A stretch of DNA of 15,702 bases, from the NCBI GenBank assembly GCA_037380845.1, contig JARRRI010000036.1, positions 791-16,492 of the forward strand, written 5' to 3'. This DNA is from Candidatus Sulfobium sp. (GTDB lineage: Bacteria; Nitrospirota; Thermodesulfovibrionia; Thermodesulfovibrionales; UBA6898). Positions within the stretch are counted from its first letter, which is position 1; each line of letters opens with the position of its first letter. A program made the translations under genes and the position numbers. The notes below the pieces were generated by a model, which was not told where the DNA came from, made no database searches, and worked only from the letters and a program-made list of their open reading frames with translations. Shown one piece after another: positions 7,386-15,427 of this stretch.

Positions 7386-7886
7386 CTAAAACGCCGTCAA
7401 TAGCTGGAAATATGCTACAGGGACTTCTAAAGAACCTACGTAAAGATAACCATCTGTGGTATCCAACAAAGCGTCTATTCTTACTATTGGCCCGTAGGAG
7501 TTGTTTGCTTTGGTTATGTCCAGGAAGACATAGAAGTCCACGACCCCCTGATAGATGCCCTTTATATAGTCTTTCAGGTAATCCGCATCCGCAAATGCGC
7601 TTCCTATCTGGGCCAGCTGGCCCGGGCCGTAGACTGTTATGCCCGGTAAGGAACCGCCGAACATTCCGAGGACAAGCGGCAAAGACTGTGCATAGGTGTC
7701 TACTTCCTGAAGCGTGAAGTCGGAGGAGTCGAATTTACCGACCACGACGGCGGAAAGATTGTCGCTGCCGCCCGGCATATATAATCCCAAAACCGGGTAT
7801 CCTGAAGAATAAGCGGGTGCGGTTCCGACAAAGAGAACAGCGGCGATAACACCGACGCAGGCAAGCAAGACTTTTCCTTTTTTCAC
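7386..7886 (-). CDS. Hypothetical exported protein, 166 aa
   Basis: GTG start after AAGGGGG; basic N-terminus, hydrophobic core and APA-YS cleavage-like site; followed by a terminator. No family recognised. Confidence 0.8.
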   Translation of the reverse strand: MKKGKVLLACVGVIAAVLFVGTAPAYSSGYPVLGLYMPGGSDNLSAVVVGKFDSSDFTLQEVDTYAQSLPLVLGMFGGSLPGITVYGPGQLAQIGSAFADADYLKDYIKGIYQGVVDFYVFLDITKANNSYGPIVRIDALLDTTDGYLYVGSLEVPVAYFQLLTAF

Positions 7887-8034
7887 AATTTTCCCCCTTT
7901 GATAGTTATGATGAGTAGTTCAAACCCTCGAAAGAGAGCGTCTGCGACCTTAATTTCCCTCTACCACCTCCTTGCTTTGAGAGATGTTACCGGAAAATTG
8001 GATAAAGCACGGCAACGACATTTTCCCGTCAATA

Positions 8035-8063
8035 TTTCTAGCATTTTGGCCGCTCTAAGTCAA
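8035..8063 (-). promoter_or_regulatory. Possible sigma70 promoter for the 166-aa gene
   Basis: TTGACT (8063..8058) - 17 nt ending TGC - TAGAAA (8040..8035); imperfect -10 with an extended TG. Confidence 0.35.
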
Positions 8064-8166
8064 GCAAAGAGGCCGGTTTTTCGGGTGGAAAGACTTCGAT
8101 TTCAGTATTCGATGTTTGTGGAAGGGGTTATGAAGAGGCCGGGACCCGGAACGTTAAGCGGCAGGT

Positions 8167-8568
8167 CTAGTCCATGAGAATGCGATAGCCGGACAACTCT
8201 TCGACCGCTTCGATCTTGTCCCGTAATCCGGTGCGGTCATATCGGCCGTATGCCTGCGAACTGCCAGAGAGATGCAGAAGCCTGTCGGCATCGTTTATCG
8301 CCCATATGCCGCCGCCGCGGACTTCCCATCCATTTTCGTGTATTTCGTAAAAATCGCCCTTCCCGTTATAATCTCCCCTGATTTTCAGTCGGGTGAAAAA
8401 ACGCTCGACAATGTTGGCATGATAAACCGACAGCCCTTTCGGAGACAGAACGAGATATTCCGTGCCGTCGTTTCTGATCAGGACGAACTTGCCGAGACGC
8501 TTGTCCGGTACTGACGCTTTTCCGATGGCCCGGTAATAGATATCTGAATAGTCTAAAAGGATGAACAC
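8167..8568 (-). CDS. 133-aa protein resembling the PHPT1/Janus-Ocnus phosphohistidine phosphatase family
   Basis: Ordered motifs KFVLIR, YHANI, RGGG, LHLSGSSQAYG, DKIEA parallel human PHPT1 KYVLIR, YHADI, LGGG, IHVYGYSMAYG, EKIKA (recalled sequence). Start codon uncertain (no clear SD). Confidence 0.7.
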   Translation of the reverse strand: MFILLDYSDIYYRAIGKASVPDKRLGKFVLIRNDGTEYLVLSPKGLSVYHANIVERFFTRLKIRGDYNGKGDFYEIHENGWEVRGGGIWAINDADRLLHLSGSSQAYGRYDRTGLRDKIEAVEELSGYRILMD

Positions 8569-8593
8569 GAAGAAGGTCCCGGCACGATTATGA

Positions 8594-9565
8594 CTACCTG
8601 CTTAATACCCGGGCGGCTTCCTTTGCGAAATAGGTGAGTATAAGGTCGGCGCCGGCGCGTTTTATCGAGGTCAGGATCTCGATCATCACGCGTTCTTCAT
8701 CAATCCATCCCATCTTTGCCGCCGCCTTGATGACGGAATATTCGCCGCTCACATTATAAGCGGCAACAGGAAGGTCAACACTTTCTTTTACGTCGGAAAT
8801 CACATCAAGGTAAGTCATCGCCGGTTTGACCATCACGATATCCGCGCCCTCTTCGATATCGAGGGCGACTTCCTTCAGCGCCTCCCTTCGGTTGGCGGGG
8901 TCCATCTGGTAGGAACGCCGGTCCCCGAACTGAGGGGTCGATTCGGCGGCGTCGCGGAAAGGACCGTAGAAGGCCGAGGCATACTTGGCAGCGTAGCTCA
9001 TGATGGGCAATTCTTCATACCCCTCCGCATCGAGGGCCGCCCTAATCGCCTGCACCCTGCCGTCCATCATGTCGGAAGGGGCCACCATGTCGGCCCCGGC
9101 CCTGGCATGCGAGACCGCTTCTCTGGCGAGGAGTTCCAGCGTGGGATCGTTCTTTACATCCCCTTCCTCTATTATCCCGCAGTGGCCGTGGCTGGTGTAT
9201 TCGCACATGCAGACGTCGGTGATAACGTACAACTCCGGCACCTTGTCCTTGATTGTCCGGATGGCCTTCTGGACCACGCCGTGGGGGTCGTAGGCCCCGG
9301 AGCCCGTTTCGTCCTTCTCTTCGGGAATACCGAAGAGTATTACCGCGGGGATGCCGAGGGAGTAAACCTCTTTGGCGTGTTTGACGATCCTGTCTGCGGA
9401 CTCCTGGTAACACCCGGGCATGGAGCTTATCTCCTTCCGGACGTTCCTGCCGTAAGTGACGAAAAGGGGATAGATGAAATCGTTAGGAGACAGTGGGGTT
9501 TCCCTCACCATTCTCCTGACGGTCTCGTTTTTTCTCAGTCTCCTCGGTCTTACGACGGGAAACAT
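8594..9565 (-). CDS. hemB: Porphobilinogen synthase (ALA dehydratase), Zn-binding type
   Basis: [20 protein letters not shown] (CxCx7C), [29 protein letters not shown]. Confidence 0.98.
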   Translation of the reverse strand: MFPVVRPRRLRKNETVRRMVRETPLSPNDFIYPLFVTYGRNVRKEISSMPGCYQESADRIVKHAKEVYSLGIPAVILFGIPEEKDETGSGAYDPHGVVQKAIRTIKDKVPELYVITDVCMCEYTSHGHCGIIEEGDVKNDPTLELLAREAVSHARAGADMVAPSDMMDGRVQAIRAALDAEGYEELPIMSYAAKYASAFYGPFRDAAESTPQFGDRRSYQMDPANRREALKEVALDIEEGADIVMVKPAMTYLDVISDVKESVDLPVAAYNVSGEYSVIKAAAKMGWIDEERVMIEILTSIKRAGADLILTYFAKEAARVLSR

Positions 9566-9886
9566 TTATCCGCAGGAACTGCAGCCGGAGCCGCACGAAG
9601 GGGGCTCGTTGCTGTTTATGACAAACCCCTCTCCCTGGTCCGTTTTGACGTAGTCGATCTCTTTACCGCTCAGGCTCTGCGAGGCCTCTTTGTCCATGAA
9701 AACCTTCAGCCCGTTCTTCTCGACTGTTTCATCGTCTTCAGAAGCCGCCTGATCTATGTCAAGGCCGTAGCTCGGTCCGCAGCATCCGGCCCCGTGTATG
9801 AAAACCCTGAGCCCCCAGCCTTCCTTTCCTTCGGTCTTCAGAAGCTGCAAGGCCTTCTCCGCAGCCGCATCGGAAATTTTCAACAC
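9566..9886 (-). CDS. HesB/IscA-family (A-type carrier-like) Fe-S cluster accessory protein
   Basis: ISDAAAEK, LRVFIHGAGCCGPSYGL, DYV...GF, C-terminal CGSGCSSCG. GTG start with GGAGG SD; stop abuts the hemB ATG. Confidence 0.9.
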   Translation of the reverse strand: MLKISDAAAEKALQLLKTEGKEGWGLRVFIHGAGCCGPSYGLDIDQAASEDDETVEKNGLKVFMDKEASQSLSGKEIDYVKTDQGEGFVINSNEPPSCGSGCSSCG

Positions 9887-9973
9887 AATCCACCTCCATA
9901 AAACGTAGTTACACTTTAGAATAAGTTAAAAAAGGGCCGAAATGCAAGCAAACGCCGCCGCCGGTTTTTGAAA

Positions 9974-10003
9974 TTGACAATAAATCGGCATAAGTTTTAT
10001 TAT
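9974..10003 (+). promoter_or_regulatory. Putative sigma70 promoter for the glutamate synthase-like operon
   Basis: TTGACA (9974-9979) - 18 nt - TATTAT (9998-10003). Confidence 0.65.
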
Positions 10004-10040
10004 ATGGGACGACTTTGATTACAGTCTTTTTGACGTATTC

Positions 10041-10079
10041 AACGCCTAATGTAACCACGTGGTTAGTAGGCGTTTTTTT
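10041..10079 (+). terminator. Terminator-like hairpin in the 5' leader of the glutamate synthase-like operon
   Basis: AACGCCTA-atg-TAACCACGTGGTTA-g-TAGGCGTT merging into a T7 run, 30 nt before the ATG. Confidence 0.65.
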
Positions 10080-10109
10080 AGCATAAAATATTGTCGAGGC
10101 GAGGCTGAA

Positions 10110-11219
10110 ATGTGCCGTTTGGCTGCGATAACATCTTCTGAATATGTTTCCCCGATGGAGCCCATTCTTGCCCTTGAGACCATGAAGGAAGGTCACGACG
10201 GCTCCGGGCTGGGCGTCATGATGAAGGACCTGGGCGGGGAATTTGAAGAATTGAAGGAATACCCTGTCCTGTCGGCCATCTGTTCCGATGCCGGCATGGA
10301 GGCGGTCGATGAATACATGGAGAAAAAAGGGTTCACGGTCAAGCATTCGTGGACGCCTTCGATAAAGGAAGTGCCGGGAGTCCGCAGAAGGGACCACTAT
10401 TTTGCCCGGGCATACAGTTATCCCGACTCTTACGCCGGAAAACCGGACCGTGAAAAAGAAGACCTTCTTTTGAGAACGCGGCTTGAACTGAGGAGGATGG
10501 GACAGGCCGACGAATCGATTATCGTGTTCTCGTTCTATCCTGACATACTGTCGATCAAGGAAGTCGGAGACCCCCTTCAGCTCAGCGAATTCTTCAGTCT
10601 TGAAAAGTCTTCGCTGAAGGCGAGGATAGTAATGGCCCAGGGAAGGCAAAATACCAATTACGCGATTAACCTGTATGCCTGCCACCCGTTCTTCATCCAG
10701 GGGTTTTCGACCATGACCAACGGCGAGAACACAGCCTTTGTCCCGATAAGGGAGTATCTCATGAGCAGGGGATTCCCCGGTTATGTAGGGTATAACAGCG
10801 ACAGCGAGGTCTTTACCCACATCCTCCATTACCTGGTCAGACAGCTGGGCCACCCTCTCTCCTATTACAAACACGTCATCACCCCCCTGAAGTCCTCCGA
10901 GATAGAGAAGAGGGAGGACAGACAGGTTCTGGACCTGCTGAAAAAATCCCTGCGCATGCTCTGTATCGACGGGCCGAACTGTGTGATAGGATTTACTCCC
11001 GACGGAGCCTGCTTTATGACCCAGGACTCCAAGAAGCTGAGGCCGGGCATGGTGGGAGGCGTGAAGGGCAGGTATGCGCTCATGTCGGAGGAATGCGGCG
11101 TGGACAGCGCTGTGCCCGACAGGGACAGATCGAAAGACATATTTCCGATGAAGTACGACATGGTGGTCGTCTCACCGGGGGCTGAGGAGGTAAGGGTTTG
11201 GAACCAGCTTCGCGATTAG
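10110..11219 (+). CDS. Class II (Ntn) glutamine amidotransferase, stand-alone glutamate synthase domain 1 (GltB1-like)
   Basis: Starts M-C-R-L (N-terminal nucleophile Cys2); GHDGSG, QGRQNTN, CHPF, TNGEN, SDSE, DGP, KKLRP; GAGG SD. Confidence 0.9.
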   Translation: MCRLAAITSSEYVSPMEPILALETMKEGHDGSGLGVMMKDLGGEFEELKEYPVLSAICSDAGMEAVDEYMEKKGFTVKHSWTPSIKEVPGVRRRDHYFARAYSYPDSYAGKPDREKEDLLLRTRLELRRMGQADESIIVFSFYPDILSIKEVGDPLQLSEFFSLEKSSLKARIVMAQGRQNTNYAINLYACHPFFIQGFSTMTNGENTAFVPIREYLMSRGFPGYVGYNSDSEVFTHILHYLVRQLGHPLSYYKHVITPLKSSEIEKREDRQVLDLLKKSLRMLCIDGPNCVIGFTPDGACFMTQDSKKLRPGMVGGVKGRYALMSEECGVDSAVPDRDRSKDIFPMKYDMVVVSPGAEEVRVWNQLRD

Positions 11220-12856
11220 ACCACAATCATCAACTCTCAGTGAGAGAGTTCCCTTACATAATCAGGTGGAGGGACGACAGGTGCAAGAGGTGCGGCAAAT
11301 GCACGGCCGTATGTCCTGTCAAGGCTATCGAGCCGTCCATAAAGATCATGAGAACAGTGACTTCGGAGGGCCCTGTGCCGGAACCGACGGCGACCAGGAA
11401 GATCACCTATGTCGTGGAACAGGTGACCGACATCAACCGCTACTGCACCGGCTGCGGGACGTGCACGCTTGTATGTCCGAACGAGGCGATAGAGCCGGAG
11501 TTGAATCCCCAGAACAAGTTCCTTCACTTTAAGAACAAGGGCGGGGACGCCTATAAGAGGGGCGGCAGGCGCAACGACCCGTCGATATCGACCCTCGACA
11601 GGCTCAAGTTTACAAGGATATCAATGCTGACCGACCCGGCCCTGGACGCGGGCCGTCATGAATTCAGGATACGTACACTTCTGGGGAGGAACCTGCCTCC
11701 GGAGCAACTTCCCCTGAAGGATATGGGCGGAAAGCTGGTTGTGGACAAAGACGGCATATTCGTCCCGCCCGTGCGCGAGATCTACCCGATCATGATAGGC
11801 AGCATGTCAGTGGGCGCACTTTCGCCGCCGATGTGGGAGGGGCTGGCGATGGGCATTACCTACCTCAATGAGGTGGAGGGAATGCCCGTAGTGATGTGCT
11901 CCGGTGAAGGCGGAATGCCCCCGAGGCTTCTGAAATCCAAGTTCCTCAAATATTTCATCCTGCAGATCGCATCGGGTTATTTCGGATGGGACGAAATCAT
12001 CCATGCCCTTCCGGACATGGTAGAGGACCCCTGCGCGATAGAGATAAAATACGGCCAGGGCGCAAAGCCCGGAGACGGCGGACTCCTGATGGCCTATAAA
12101 GTACTCAAGCTGATCGCCGAGATCAGGGGTGTCCCGATGATGGTCGACCTCGCTTCGCCTCCGACCCATCAGACCAAATACTCGATCGAAGAGGCGGTGG
12201 CCAAGATGATCCAGTCGATGTCTATGGCCTGGGGTTTCCGTGTGCCGGTATATCCGAAGATTTCGGGCACGAAGACAGCGCAGGCTGTTCTTAACAACCT
12301 CGCACGGAACCCTTATGCAGCGGCCCTGAGCATCGACGGCGAGGACGGCGGCACCGGCGCAGCCTACAACGTTTCTATGGACAAGATGGGCCATCCCATC
12401 GCGTCCAACATCAGGGATTGCTATCTCGACCTTGTGAAGCAGGGCAAACAGAACGAACTGCCGCTGATAGCAGCCGGCGGGGTCGGCAAAAAGGGCAACC
12501 TTGCTGCCAATGCTGCAGCACTGATAATGCTGGGTGCATCGGCCGTTTCCATAGGCAAATATATCATGCAGACCGCGGCGCAGTGCTTCGGAGACGAATA
12601 CAACAGGTGCAATCTTTGCAATACGGGGAGGTGCCCGAGGGGCATCACCACGCAGGACCCGAAACTTTACCGGAGACTGGATCCGGATAAGGTCGCCGAG
12701 CGCGTGGTGGAAGTCTTCAAGACGGCGGATACGGAACTGAGGAAGATATTTGCCCCCATGGGCAGGAGTACCGAACTGCCGATCGGGATGTCGGACGGCC
12801 TGAGCATAGGAGACCGCGAGATGGCGGAAAGGTTGCATATAGATTATGCGTGCTGA
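11198..12856 (+). CDS. Glutamate synthase FMN-binding subunit (GltB2-like) with N-terminal 2x[4Fe-4S] ferredoxin domain
   Basis: CKRCGKCTAVCP and CTGCGTCTLVCP; MSVGALS, SGEGG, QIASGYFG, EIKYGQGAKPGDGG, DGEDGGTGAA, CNLCNTGRCPRGITTQDP. TTG start 7 nt after GAGGAGG. Confidence 0.92.
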   Translation: MEPASRLDHNHQLSVREFPYIIRWRDDRCKRCGKCTAVCPVKAIEPSIKIMRTVTSEGPVPEPTATRKITYVVEQVTDINRYCTGCGTCTLVCPNEAIEPELNPQNKFLHFKNKGGDAYKRGGRRNDPSISTLDRLKFTRISMLTDPALDAGRHEFRIRTLLGRNLPPEQLPLKDMGGKLVVDKDGIFVPPVREIYPIMIGSMSVGALSPPMWEGLAMGITYLNEVEGMPVVMCSGEGGMPPRLLKSKFLKYFILQIASGYFGWDEIIHALPDMVEDPCAIEIKYGQGAKPGDGGLLMAYKVLKLIAEIRGVPMMVDLASPPTHQTKYSIEEAVAKMIQSMSMAWGFRVPVYPKISGTKTAQAVLNNLARNPYAAALSIDGEDGGTGAAYNVSMDKMGHPIASNIRDCYLDLVKQGKQNELPLIAAGGVGKKGNLAANAAALIMLGASAVSIGKYIMQTAAQCFGDEYNRCNLCNTGRCPRGITTQDPKLYRRLDPDKVAERVVEVFKTADTELRKIFAPMGRSTELPIGMSDGLSIGDREMAERLHIDYAC

Positions 12857-12906
12857 AGAAAGACAGGAAGTTCGGAAGCGGGGAAGATACGAAGGAGAAG
12901 GCGGAC

Positions 12907-13107
12907 ATGCTGAAAAAGTCCATAACTTCGGCAAATATTGAAAGCCGGCTCATGACAGAGACGCTGCTGTCTCCGTCATTCCCGCAGTTCTTGGACGGGC
13001 ATCCACTGTTTCTGAAACATGGATGCCCGATTGAAGTCCTCGGGCATGACAGTATGAGGCTGGAGGTTGCAGGTGTTTGCCTGCGATATAGTTATGCGAA
13101 TGAATAA
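12907..13107 (+). CDS. Possible small hypothetical ORF (66 aa; 85 aa from GTG 12850) spanning a palindromic repeat; may be non-coding
   Basis: AAGGAG 9 nt before ATG 12907; stop overlaps ATG 13100 (ATGAATAA). No recognisable motif. Confidence 0.25.
   Translation: MLKKSITSANIESRLMTETLLSPSFPQFLDGHPLFLKHGCPIEVLGHDSMRLEVAGVCLRYSYANE
12975..13050. repeat. 76-bp REP/RPE-like nested palindrome
   Basis: GTCATTCCCG-N11-CGGGCATCCA-N14-TGGATGCCCG-N11-CGGGCATGAC; outer arms pair 9/10, inner arms 10/10. Confidence 0.85.
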
Positions 13108-15427
13108 AGTGACCATAAATGGAGAGTTCGACGGCAAGAGGATCCCTTCCCGGATCCTTGAAGAACATATCCAGCAGGCCGTGCAGGAAGGCGCCCGGGA
13201 GATGCTGGTACGTGCCGAAGGGCAGCACGGTATAGGCGGTCGCATCTGGCCCAGGGGCGAGAGGGTGAGGATAACCGTTGAGGGTCCCGTCGGCCAGCGT
13301 ATCGGCAGCATGGGGATGGAAGGGACGGAGATCCTTGTCAAGGGAAGCACCTCCGATGACGCGGGCTGGCTCAACTGCGGCGCAAAGATAACGGTGCTGG
13401 GAGACGTGACAAACGGCGCTCACAACGCCGCGGCCCAGGGCATCCTGTATGTCCAGGGGAGCGGCGGAGCGAGGTGCGACACCATGACCAAGAGGAACCC
13501 CCGGTTCGAACCCCCTCAGTCCTGGTATTTCAGGAGTGTGGGCGACTCCTTCGCAGAGTTCAAGGCGGGGGGTATTGCTGTAGTCTGCGGTGTTGATTCG
13601 CGTGACGTCGACAGCGTGCTCGGCTACAGGCCCTGCGTGGGGATGGTCGGAGGGACGATATACTTCCGCGGCAATATCAGCGGATACAGCGAGCGCGACG
13701 TAAAACTGCTGGAACTCACTCCACAGGACTGGGAATGGCTGAAGGGCAACATGAAGGATTATCTGAAGGCCATTGACAGGGAGCCTCATTACCGGGAGCT
13801 TACCCGCTCGTCAGATGAATGGAAGAAACTGATCGCCTACACGCCTGCCGAAAAAAAGGCATTTCCGAAGAACCGGTTGTCGACCACTGATTTCAGAAAG
13901 GATGTCTGGGAGAAGGGAGTCGGGGAGGGGGGAATCTTCGGCCCTTATATCACACACGAACAGACGCTTCTCCCGTATATCACGACCGGTGTGGAGAGGC
14001 GGAACAGGCCTGTCTGGAACAATGAAAAGTATCTGCCTCCCTGTGCCTACAACTGCCCTACCCATATACCTTCCCACAAGAGGGCGACTCTCATAAGACA
14101 GGGGAAGATGAAAGAGGCAATGGATCTGGTCCTGAGATACAGCCCGCTGCCGGCAACCGTCTGCGGTCAGATATGCCCCAATCTCTGCATGCAGAGCTGC
14201 ACCAGGGGACAACTCGACCAGCCCCTCAATATTAGGGAACTTGGAAATCTGGCGCTCAAACTGCCCGCCCCGAAACCGGCTAAAAAGACGGGCCACAGGA
14301 TAGCGGTGATCGGCGGCGGACCGGCTGGTCTTTCAGCTGCCTGGCAGCTCGGGCTGAAGGGACACAGCGTTGATTTATATGAAGCGGAGCGCAAGCTGGG
14401 CGGGAAGATAGAACTCTGTATCCCGAGAGAGCGTCTCCCGCACAAGGTCCTCCTGAAGGAACTGTCCCGTTTCAAAGAGATAGGCGTGACGGCTCACATC
14501 GGAAGGAAGATCAACCAGAAGGCTTTCGAGAGAATCTATAAGGCGCATGATGTCGTGGTAGTGGCCTGCGGCGCCCATAAGCCCAGGAAGATAGAATTCC
14601 CCGGTTCAGATGACGTCATGTCGGCGATAGATTTCCTGAAGGGCATAAATTTCGGGAAGGACGTCGTGCTCAAGGGCAAGAGGGTCGTTATCATAGGCGC
14701 CGGAAACGTCGGGATGGACGTTGCTTCCCAGGCGTTCAACTGCGGTGCGGCCTCTGTGACCGCGGTCGACATCCAGAAGCCCGCGGCCTTTGGAAAGGAG
14801 ATGGAGCTTGCGAAGGAGAAGGGGACCGGGATAATATGGCCGAAGGTGGCGAAGAAATATGACAAGAAGGCGAAGAAGATCTTCTTTAAGGATGGTACGT
14901 TCCTCGATGCCGATATGGTGATCATGTCGGTCGGTGAAGTGCCGGTCCTGGATTTCCTCCCTCCGGCCATCCATGCAGAAAGAGGATGGATCACCGTTGA
15001 CGAACTCGGCAGGACGTCCGATCCGAAGGTCTTCGCCATCGGGGACGCGACCAGGCCCGGGCTGGTAACTCATGCTATCGGACAGGGAAGGACCGCGGCC
15101 GACGTGATCCACTCGGAATTGATGCATTACGATTACATGCCGGAGGTGAAGCAGGTCATCCCTTACGAGAGCATCAAGACCGAATACTATGAGGTCTGCC
15201 GCCGCGAGGAATTCGAGGCGAAGCAGGAGGCGGGCCTTTGCATGTCCTGCGCCACCTGCCGCGACTGCCACATGTGCGAGGCCACATGCTACTGGGACGC
15301 TATAAGCAGGGTCGAGCACAACGACGGCTCCTACGAGTACGTGGTGGACGACGAAAAGTGCATAGGCTGCGGGTTCTGCGCCGGTATATGTCCCTGCGGC
15401 GTCTGGGAGATGGTCGAAAACATCTGA
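13100..15427 (+). CDS. Fusion of glutamate synthase GXGXG domain (GltB3), GltD-like FAD/NAD(P) oxidoreductase and C-terminal ferredoxin
   Basis: GXGXG repeats (GQHGIGG, GQRIGSMG, GDSFAEF, CVGMVGG); PCAYNCP, CGQICPNLCMQSC; IGGGPAGLSAA; GAGNVGMD; TSDPKVFAIGD; CMSCATCRDCHMCEATC; CIGCGFCAGICP. Start ambiguous (GTG 13073 after GGAGG, ATG 13094 or ATG 13100). Confidence 0.9.
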   Translation: MNKVTINGEFDGKRIPSRILEEHIQQAVQEGAREMLVRAEGQHGIGGRIWPRGERVRITVEGPVGQRIGSMGMEGTEILVKGSTSDDAGWLNCGAKITVLGDVTNGAHNAAAQGILYVQGSGGARCDTMTKRNPRFEPPQSWYFRSVGDSFAEFKAGGIAVVCGVDSRDVDSVLGYRPCVGMVGGTIYFRGNISGYSERDVKLLELTPQDWEWLKGNMKDYLKAIDREPHYRELTRSSDEWKKLIAYTPAEKKAFPKNRLSTTDFRKDVWEKGVGEGGIFGPYITHEQTLLPYITTGVERRNRPVWNNEKYLPPCAYNCPTHIPSHKRATLIRQGKMKEAMDLVLRYSPLPATVCGQICPNLCMQSCTRGQLDQPLNIRELGNLALKLPAPKPAKKTGHRIAVIGGGPAGLSAAWQLGLKGHSVDLYEAERKLGGKIELCIPRERLPHKVLLKELSRFKEIGVTAHIGRKINQKAFERIYKAHDVVVVACGAHKPRKIEFPGSDDVMSAIDFLKGINFGKDVVLKGKRVVIIGAGNVGMDVASQAFNCGAASVTAVDIQKPAAFGKEMELAKEKGTGIIWPKVAKKYDKKAKKIFFKDGTFLDADMVIMSVGEVPVLDFLPPAIHAERGWITVDELGRTSDPKVFAIGDATRPGLVTHAIGQGRTAADVIHSELMHYDYMPEVKQVIPYESIKTEYYEVCRREEFEAKQEAGLCMSCATCRDCHMCEATCYWDAISRVEHNDGSYEYVVDDEKCIGCGFCAGICPCGVWEMVENI

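Noticed and set aside
9770..9800. Selenocysteine in the HesB-like protein
   Set aside because: Both codons at the GCC motif are TGC; no in-frame TGA.
10059..10109. GTG 10059 start for the amidotransferase
   Set aside because: Ntn amidotransferases need Cys at position 2; ATG 10110 provides it.
9909..10874. 321-aa minus-strand ORF
   Set aside because: Antisense to the amidotransferase gene and runs through the promoter region; no motifs.
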